Assembly: GCA_963678065.2 (NCBI GenBank)
Contig: CAXXVZ010000003.1
Location: 1,248,001-1,312,000 of the forward strand
Length of the DNA stretch: 64,000 nt
Source: Treponemataceae bacterium
GTDB lineage: Bacteria; Spirochaetota; Spirochaetia; Treponematales; Rectinemataceae
Reading direction: 5' to 3'
Part shown: positions 57,860-64,000 of the stretch, in pieces
How positions within the stretch are numbered: the first letter of the stretch is position 1
Layout of the letters: every line of letters starts with the position of its first letter
Program-made: the position numbers and the translations under genes
Notes under the pieces: model-generated
Told to the model about the DNA's origin: nothing
The model's input: only the letters and a program-made list of their open reading frames with translations
Databases searched by the model: none

Positions 57860-59110
57860 TTATTGGGATGCTTTCTCAAATGCCAGAACCGCATTATGAC
57901 CGCCGAAACCGAAGCCGTTCGACAGGACTCGACACAGATCGACATTTCGGGCTTTCAAGGGAACATAGTCGAGATCGCAATCCGGATCGGCCTCAATGAG
58001 GTTCAATGTCGGAGGAACCTGCCCGTACCGGATCGCCTGTACGGAAAGAATCGCCTCGATTCCTCCGGCCGCGCCGAAAAGGTGCCCTGTCGCGCCTTTG
58101 GTGGAGCTGATCAGTGGAATCCGATTCCCTTTGCCCGCAAAAAGTTTAATGGCCTTTGTTTCTGCTATATCTCCTACAGGTGTTCCGGTACCGTGGGCGT
58201 TGATGTAGTCGACGCTACCCAACTTCCAGTCCGCCATTCTCGCGGCCTGGCTCATGGCTGCCGCGGCCCCTCTTCCTTCGGGATCGGGAGAGGTCAGATG
58301 AAATGCATCGGCCGTCGAGCCATATCCCACAACTTCCGCCAAGATCACTGCTCCGCGCGCTCTGGCTGTTTCCCACTCCTCCAATATCAGAACGCCAGCC
58401 CCTTCTCCCATGACAAATCCGTCTCTGCCTAATGCGAAAGGCGCACATGCCGCCGCTGGATCCTCATTTCGCGTGGACATCGCGCGCATGCTATTGAACC
58501 CCGAGAAGGCGACAGGCAAAACGGGCGCCTCAGCCCCACCAGCGACAGCCATGTCGACCCGACTGTCCCTGATCGCCAGGAAAGCCTCGCCTATAGCGTT
58601 GTTGCCCGTTGCGCAGGCGCTGACAGGCGCCAGGCAAGGGCCGCGAGCCCCTATGGCCATCGAAACGAGGCCCGCGCCCATGTTCGCTATCATCATGGGA
58701 ATCGTGAAGGGACTGGTCCGCCATCCCTCCCCTCTGCCAAGCGAATCCTGAGCCCGCAACAGCGTCTCGGCACCTCCGATTCCCGTACCCAGCCAGACGC
58801 CGATCCTTTCGCCGTCGATCCCGGCTTGACCTGCCTTCGCATGCTCCCAGGCCTGCAGCGAGGCCCACACCGCAAAGCGGGCGAAGCGGTCCCAATTCTT
58901 TGATTCTTTCCGATCCAGATACCGGTCTTCGGGAAAATCGACGACGGTAGAGGCTATTCGGGTAGGGAAGCGTGAAAAATCGGCCCGGTCGATTGTCGTA
59001 ATCCCTGACCTACCGGATACGACTGAATCCCAAAAGCTATCGGCGTCCTTTCCCAGAGCATGGATAACGCCCATTCCAGTTATGGCGACACGGCGATGGG
59101 ATGTGTTCAT
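57860..59110 (-). CDS. fabF: Beta-ketoacyl-ACP synthase II
   Basis: RRVAITGMG, SACATG, RDGFVMGEG, INAHGTGT, KGATGHLFGAAG, SNGFGFGGHN. Confidence 0.92.
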   Translation of the reverse strand: MNTSHRRVAITGMGVIHALGKDADSFWDSVVSGRSGITTIDRADFSRFPTRIASTVVDFPEDRYLDRKESKNWDRFARFAVWASLQAWEHAKAGQAGIDGERIGVWLGTGIGGAETLLRAQDSLGRGEGWRTSPFTIPMMIANMGAGLVSMAIGARGPCLAPVSACATGNNAIGEAFLAIRDSRVDMAVAGGAEAPVLPVAFSGFNSMRAMSTRNEDPAAACAPFALGRDGFVMGEGAGVLILEEWETARARGAVILAEVVGYGSTADAFHLTSPDPEGRGAAAAMSQAARMADWKLGSVDYINAHGTGTPVGDIAETKAIKLFAGKGNRIPLISSTKGATGHLFGAAGGIEAILSVQAIRYGQVPPTLNLIEADPDCDLDYVPLKARNVDLCRVLSNGFGFGGHNAVLAFEKASQ

Positions 59111-59121
59111 CGGTTACTCCT

Positions 59122-59724
59122 TTATTGCGTCGAGCTGATCAGCAATCCGTCGATAACACTATTCAACACACGTACTACTGCCTGTAATGGATCAGAGGTT
59201 CCGTGAAGCTTCGCGAGCATGATTCCCCCTTCCAGAGAAGCCAGGAAAAAGAAGGACAAGGTCTCGGCATCCTCATCTCTCTTGAGCCGCCCCGACTTCT
59301 GCGCTTGACCTATTTGCGTCCTGATCAGAGCGCGAAGCCTCTTTGCAGCTTCGGCAGCCTCCTCGCGCATGAAAGGAATCGCATCGTCGGATTCAATGGC
59401 GGCGTTCAGTATAGGGCAGCCACCGGCGACTACACTTCCGGCAGCGATAGACAGACTGGCATTGAGTAGCAGGCGGAGTCGTTCTACGGGATCATCCTTT
59501 CCCTCTATCGCCTTTGTAAAGAAGGAGGATATTGAAGAGACGTTGAAACGAAAGGCCTCGATCGCCAACTCTTCCTTTGACCCGAAGTGATTGTACAGTC
59601 CGCCTTTTTGCATCCCCGTCGCCTGCATGATCGCCGATACAGGCGTGGAGCCGTATCCGAACTGGTTAAATACCTCACCGGCTTGCCGAACTATGCGCTG
59701 GTGCGTCTTTTCTCCTTTGTTCAT
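59122..59724 (-). CDS. TetR/AcrR family regulator (LmrA/YxaF/NemR-like)
   Basis: GYGST..SAIM.ATG..KGGLYNHFGSKEEL HTH; GGCP..N. Confidence 0.9.
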   Translation of the reverse strand: MNKGEKTHQRIVRQAGEVFNQFGYGSTPVSAIMQATGMQKGGLYNHFGSKEELAIEAFRFNVSSISSFFTKAIEGKDDPVERLRLLLNASLSIAAGSVVAGGCPILNAAIESDDAIPFMREEAAEAAKRLRALIRTQIGQAQKSGRLKRDEDAETLSFFFLASLEGGIMLAKLHGTSDPLQAVVRVLNSVIDGLLISSTQ

Positions 59725-59734
59725 ATCAGCATTT

Positions 59735-59760
59735 AAGACCGATCGGTCTTTTTTTGTCAA
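59735..59760 (-). promoter_or_regulatory. TetR operator palindrome directly downstream of a TTGACA -35 element
   Basis: Perfect AAGACCGATCGGTCTT (59735-59750); TTGACA on the minus strand at 59755-59760. Confidence 0.7.
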
Positions 59761-59846
59761 GCTCAGTGCGATGAGGTTTTCCAGCTTGACAGGTCCGAGG
59801 GACGGGCGATACTGTAACGCATCAACTCATGAGAAGGAGGTCGTTC

Positions 59847-59882
59847 ATGTCCGCTCTTGCCATCCAGGATGCCCTGTATTAG
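59847..59882 (+). CDS. Putative leader peptide MSALAIQDALY
   Basis: AAGGAGG at 59834-59840, 6 nt before the ATG; upstream TTGACA (59786-59791)-N18-TACTGT. Confidence 0.45.
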   Translation: MSALAIQDALY

Positions 59883-60107
59883 GGATACGGCAGGATACGC
59901 GCCCAAAAGAGTAAACTGGCTGACGATCTATTATCGATCGTAGGCATATCATGACTCTGGAGCCATAGGCTCGCTTCGTCGCACCTTCCGTTCCACACTC
60001 ACCCGATACAGGACATCAACAGGACTTGCTCGTCTCACGGCTGGCGGTATCGTACGCGTTGCGGTAGCCGTCTGAAGCGCGCACACACCATAATCGAGAG
60101 TCAAACG

Positions 60108-60503
60108 ATGTCGAGACCAGACAAGAGCGTATCGGAACCAAACTTTTTCACATGCGGGCACTGCGGACGCGCGGTGCCGCCACCAGACTCGGGCTCACGC
60201 CAGAGGAATCATTGCCCGGCCTGCCTCAGAAGCTCCCACAGGGACATCCGGGTCGGCGACCGCCAGAGCGGTTGTCGCGGGATAATGGACCCGATAGGGA
60301 TATGGGTCAAGGAAGATGGCGAATGGGCCATCATCCATCGCTGCAGGAAATGCGGTTTTGTACGGACAAACCGGGTGGCGGCGGACGACAATGAAGTACT
60401 GCTTCTGACCATGGCGGCGCTGCCGCTGAGCCGCCTGCCCTTCCCCGGGGGCAAGACCCTGGAACTGCTGCAGGATCGCGAAGTCGCCGGAGGCAGGGCA
60501 TGA
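60108..60503 (+). CDS. RNHCP domain protein
   Basis: FTCGHCG, RNHCPACLRSSH.D..GDR.SGC.G.M, IIHRCRKCG, NRVAADD. Confidence 0.9.
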   Translation: MSRPDKSVSEPNFFTCGHCGRAVPPPDSGSRQRNHCPACLRSSHRDIRVGDRQSGCRGIMDPIGIWVKEDGEWAIIHRCRKCGFVRTNRVAADDNEVLLLTMAALPLSRLPFPGGKTLELLQDREVAGGRA

Positions 60504-61594
60504 GCATCGCGGATTGGGGATGGGACCAGGCCTTCGAGTCCAGTGCCCAGGCGACAATGTGCGAAGGCTATGGGATCCGGCGCGTGATTGGCCAGGGCCG
60601 GGGCCTGTATGTCCTGACCGACGGAGACTCCACGCGGCAGGCAGTTCTGTCCGGAGCCTTCAGCTATAGGGCGGCGCTGCCGTCGGATTATCCGGTCACC
60701 GGCGATTTCGTCGCCTGCCGCGAAGAGGGAGAAGCCTGGGTCATCGAGGCCCTGCTCCCGCGCCGGAGCCTCCTTTCCCGCAAGGCCGCCGGGGAAAAGG
60801 AAGAGAGACAGGCCCTCGCGGCCAATGTCGACACGGTGTTTCTGGCCTTCGCTCTCGATGGCGGTCGAGGCTTCCTGCCCCGCCTCCTGGAACGCCTGCT
60901 GACCTTGGTGAACGACAGCGGGGCCGCGCCTGCGATCCTGCTGAACAAGGCGGATCTGGCCGAGAACCCTGGCCAGTACATCGAAGAGGCCGAGGCTGCG
61001 GCTCCGGGGGTACCGATATTCCTCGTATCGGCGCGGACCGGACAGGGGCTGGAGCAGCTCCGGAGCCACCTCGAGCCGGGCAAGACCTATTCTTTCCTCG
61101 GGAAATCCGGGGTAGGCAAGTCCTCGCTGATCAACGCCCTCTTCGGCAAGGACATCATGAAGACCTCCGAGATCCGGGATCAGGACAAGCGCGGTCGCCA
61201 TACGACCTCCAGCCGCGACCTCTTTCTCCTGCCGGGCGGCGCCCTCCTCATGGACAACCCCGGCCTGCGGGAGGCGGCCCTCTGGGTCGACGAGAGGAGC
61301 GTGGACGAGAGCTTCCCGGAGATATCTGCCCTGGCCGCCGAATGCCGGTTCAGGGACTGCGGCCATTCGGGCGAGCCGGGCTGCGCCGTGCAGGAAGCGC
61401 TGGTGGATGGCCGCCTGGACTATCGCCGCTATGAAAGCTACCTGGAGTACCGGCGGGAAGCGCGCTATCACCAGCTGATGAGCAACGGGAACGCGCAACG
61501 CGTCGAACGTATCCGCTGGAAGGCCATATCGAAGAGTGTAAGGAACATGGCCAAGGGGAGGGATGATCCGGTGCCTCGGGATAGTGCCGAATGA
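60500..61594 (+). CDS. rsgA: Ribosome small subunit-dependent GTPase A (circularly permuted GTPase), probably a paralogue
   Basis: PVTGDFV, AANVD, LNKADL, GKSGVGKSSLIN, GRHTT, DNPGLRE, CRFRDC.H..EPGCAV. Confidence 0.92.
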   Translation: MSIADWGWDQAFESSAQATMCEGYGIRRVIGQGRGLYVLTDGDSTRQAVLSGAFSYRAALPSDYPVTGDFVACREEGEAWVIEALLPRRSLLSRKAAGEKEERQALAANVDTVFLAFALDGGRGFLPRLLERLLTLVNDSGAAPAILLNKADLAENPGQYIEEAEAAAPGVPIFLVSARTGQGLEQLRSHLEPGKTYSFLGKSGVGKSSLINALFGKDIMKTSEIRDQDKRGRHTTSSRDLFLLPGGALLMDNPGLREAALWVDERSVDESFPEISALAAECRFRDCGHSGEPGCAVQEALVDGRLDYRRYESYLEYRREARYHQLMSNGNAQRVERIRWKAISKSVRNMAKGRDDPVPRDSAE

Positions 61595-61822
61595 CTCCTG
61601 CAAAGTGCTCGCAAGGCACGGGGATGGAGTCAGGACGGAGCGGGCAAGCTGGTAGGACTCCTCCCCAAGACGATCTCGGCCCTCGAGAATCATCCGGCCT
61701 CCGCGACCATCGACAGCCTCATGAAACTCCTCTCGGCACTCGAGCTGGAGCTCGTGCTCATGCCCAAAGAGCGTGGCGAATCCCCGAACCAGAAGGCCTA
61801 CCCTTCCAATGAGGAGTGGTGA
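61595..61822 (+). pseudogene. hipB: HipB-like XRE antitoxin lacking a canonical start, in frame directly after the rsgA stop
   Basis: Manual translation: LLQSARKARGWSQDGAGKLVGLLPKTISALENHPASATIDSLMKLLSALELELVLMPKERGESPNQKAYPSNEEW*. It has the XRE helix-turn-helix and terminal Trp of HipB and lies upstream of hipA. Confidence 0.75.
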
Positions 61823-61824
61823 CC

Positions 61825-63153
61825 GTGGCCAGACCCTCACAGCGACGCGCCCTCGGCGTTTGGCTTAACCGTATTCGCATCGGAACCTGGTCCATAGACG
61901 CGCGCAAAGGTCATGAGTTCCGCTATGAGGATTCCTGGCTCGTCCATCCCCAGGCCAGGCCGGTCTCGCTCTCCCTCCCTCTCGCGGAGGCTGGATACGC
62001 GTACCGCGGCGGCGTGGTGGCAGCCTTCTTCGACAACCTACTCCCGGATTCGAGCGAGATCCGCCAGAGGATCAGGAGTCGGTACAAAGCGATCTCCCTC
62101 TCTGCTTTCGACCTCCTAGCAGAAATTGGCAGGGATTGCGTCGGCGCGATCCAGCTCCTTCCTGAGGACGAAGCGCCCTCCCCTATCGATCGCATCGAAG
62201 GCAGGCCGATCGACGAACATGAAATAGCGGCGATACTGAAGGGACTGACAGCCATGGGGACGGACGGGCGCGTGACCGATGAGGAGTTCCGCATCTCCCT
62301 GGCCGGGGCGCAGGAAAAGACCGCCTTGCTGCGGCATGAGGGACGATGGCTCGTTCCTCACGGCTCGACGCCCTCGACTCACATCGTGAAGCTGCCCCTT
62401 GGAAGGATAGGCGGGCTCGGGCTCGATATGGCCGGCTCCGTGGAAAATGAATGGCTTTGCGCACAGATCGCGGCCGCCTTGGGGCTGGAAGTGGCGCAAT
62501 GCGAGATAGCCCGCTTCGAGGACGTGACGGCCCTGGTCGTGGAACGCTTCGATAGGCGGAGGGCCGAAGACGGTAAGCGAATCCTCCGGCTCCCGCAGGA
62601 GGACTTCTGCCAGCTCACGGGTACGCCGCCTGGCGGCAAATACGAATCCGATGGAGGACCGGGGATCGAGACCATCATGCGGGTCCTTCTTGGCTCCCAG
62701 GAGGCCTCCAAGGATCGCGAGGCCTTCTTCACCGCCCAAGTCCTGTTCTGGCTCCTGGCCGCTCCCGACGGACACGCGAAGAACTTCTCTGTCTTCGTCG
62801 AACGCGGAGGTAGGTTCAGGTTGACGCCCTTGTACGACATCATGTCGGCCTACCCCGTGTTGGGGCATGGAAGCGGAACGATCCCGCCTGAGAAGTTGAA
62901 GCTGGCCATGGTCTTCGGGGGCAAGAGCCGGCATTACGAGTGGGACAAGATCGGCCCTCGCCACATCAGGGAGACTGCACGCCTCTGTGGCTTCGAGGGC
63001 TTCATCGATACGGTGATGGAGCGCCTGGAGAAGGAGGTTCCGAAGGCCACCCAGGAAGTAGCCAGGCATTTGCCCGGCGATTTCCCGAGCGCGATCTCCG
63101 ACTCGATCCTTCGAGGGGTCGAGGCACGCGCAAGGCTGCTGAACAATGCCTAG
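61825..63153 (+). CDS. hipA: HipA family Ser/Thr kinase toxin
   Basis: SLSLP, FFDNLLPD, IGRDCVGA, ISLAGAQEK, HIVKLP, ERFDR, QEDFCQ, DGHAKNFS, PLYDIMS; GAGGAG RBS before GTG 61825. Confidence 0.92.
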   Translation: MARPSQRRALGVWLNRIRIGTWSIDARKGHEFRYEDSWLVHPQARPVSLSLPLAEAGYAYRGGVVAAFFDNLLPDSSEIRQRIRSRYKAISLSAFDLLAEIGRDCVGAIQLLPEDEAPSPIDRIEGRPIDEHEIAAILKGLTAMGTDGRVTDEEFRISLAGAQEKTALLRHEGRWLVPHGSTPSTHIVKLPLGRIGGLGLDMAGSVENEWLCAQIAAALGLEVAQCEIARFEDVTALVVERFDRRRAEDGKRILRLPQEDFCQLTGTPPGGKYESDGGPGIETIMRVLLGSQEASKDREAFFTAQVLFWLLAAPDGHAKNFSVFVERGGRFRLTPLYDIMSAYPVLGHGSGTIPPEKLKLAMVFGGKSRHYEWDKIGPRHIRETARLCGFEGFIDTVMERLEKEVPKATQEVARHLPGDFPSAISDSILRGVEARARLLNNA

Positions 63154-63224
63154 GGCCTTAGCCTACTGCGCTCCAGAGATCTCTGGTATAATTCTCCTTG
63201 GATGAAAGTCCGACAGGCTGCTAG

Positions 63225-63851
63225 CCCGGATTTCTCGCAAAAACAACGGGAGTTCCGAATTTCGGTGTATAATCTGTTGTACCACCAACAAATGAACATA
63301 GAAAACGGAGACCCCGTATGCAGACAGACGGTATCCTGTTTGGACTCCCCATGCAAGCAGGAAAAGCCCGAAAATCCCGCAGATTCGAGGTCACCAGCGA
63401 TGGGAACCTGAGTTCGAGCGACGGCGGATTGTTGTTGCTCGCAGAGATCGAACGGCGACGAGGATCTCAATGATCATGACCGGTGGCGTAGCGATCCGCT
63501 TCTGTGTGCGATCTGTTGACACGAAGCCGCGGATGACGCACTCGCGGGGAAGAGCACCCTGAACCGGCTCGAGCTGGGCAGGGAAAAATGAGCGAGAGCG
63601 ACCGCTACAAACGGATCGAGTGGGATGAGGGAAAACTGCGCACTGTGTTTGTCGATGCATTTCTGGACTCGTACGAACGCGAGCCCGACGAGATCGTGAT
63701 CGATTTCGACACGACGGACGATCCCATTCACGGCGAACAGGAAGGCCGCTTCTTCCAGGGATACTACGACGAGTACTGTTTTCTGCCGCTCTATGCATTC
63801 TGTGGCGACCATATTCCCGCGGCGACCTTGCGGCCTGCCGATCAGGACGCC
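63225..63851 (+). mobile_element. IS1380-family element remnant (frameshifted, internally deleted transposase)
   Basis: ATG 63318 MQTD...; fragments in different frames: EDLNDHD, LAGKSTLNRLELG, IVIDFDTTDDPIHGEQEGRFFQGYYDEYCFLPLYAFCG. Left end at CCCGGATT is tentative. Confidence 0.8.
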
Positions 63852-64000
63852 GAGATATTGTCAATCTTTGTGGATAGGGGAAAGGACGAAGGTCCTCATC
63901 AGGCAGCAGTCTCATCGACCAATTCTCCATTCCTGAATATCTTTCCCGCCACTATGAGCGGGATGAACGTGAACCCTTGTAGTTTTCTCCAGCCCTTCTC
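63852..64000 (-). mobile_element. IS256-family element end with transposase C-terminus (63899-64000, partial)
   Basis: Minus strand EKGWRKLQGFTFIPLIVAGKIFRNGELVDETAA*, then a terminal-repeat-like GAGATATTGTCAATCTTTGTGGAT exactly where IS1380 similarity stops. Confidence 0.6.

Noticed and set aside
61591..61812. 73-aa ORF MTPAKCSQ... as the antitoxin
   Set aside because: No HTH signature; the HipB-like sequence is in the adjacent frame (61595-61822).

Overview
GC-rich bacterial DNA. The gene content suggests an anaerobic, sugar-fermenting diderm, possibly a Spirochaetota member, but that is inference only. The window holds a tRNA-Met and a c-di-GMP signalling pair (REC + REC-PAS-GAF-HD-GYP). 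It also holds an ascorbate-type (ula-like) cluster built on an ABC transporter and an FGGY kinase instead of a PTS, and a xylo-oligosaccharide region with GH43, GH52, a GH63-like enzyme, two ABC systems and a LacI-sensor histidine kinase. The right end is an accessory region with tetR-fabF, RNHCP-rsgA, hipBA and nested IS fragments. Two loci stand out. (1) A probable 12-kb nucleoside operon joins a nucleoside ABC importer, MtaD-like deaminase, PNP, MtnA, a Rhodospirillum-type RuBisCO-like protein and a split transketolase with an altered active site, with no cupin methylsulfurylase. This is a candidate new route for catabolising 5'-modified nucleosides (SAM by-products). (2) A stand-alone tryptophan synthase alpha paralogue sits inside a GntR-ABC-FGGY kinase sugar operon, a candidate import-phosphorylate-cleave pathway. 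All calls come from motif recognition by eye; no database searches were run.
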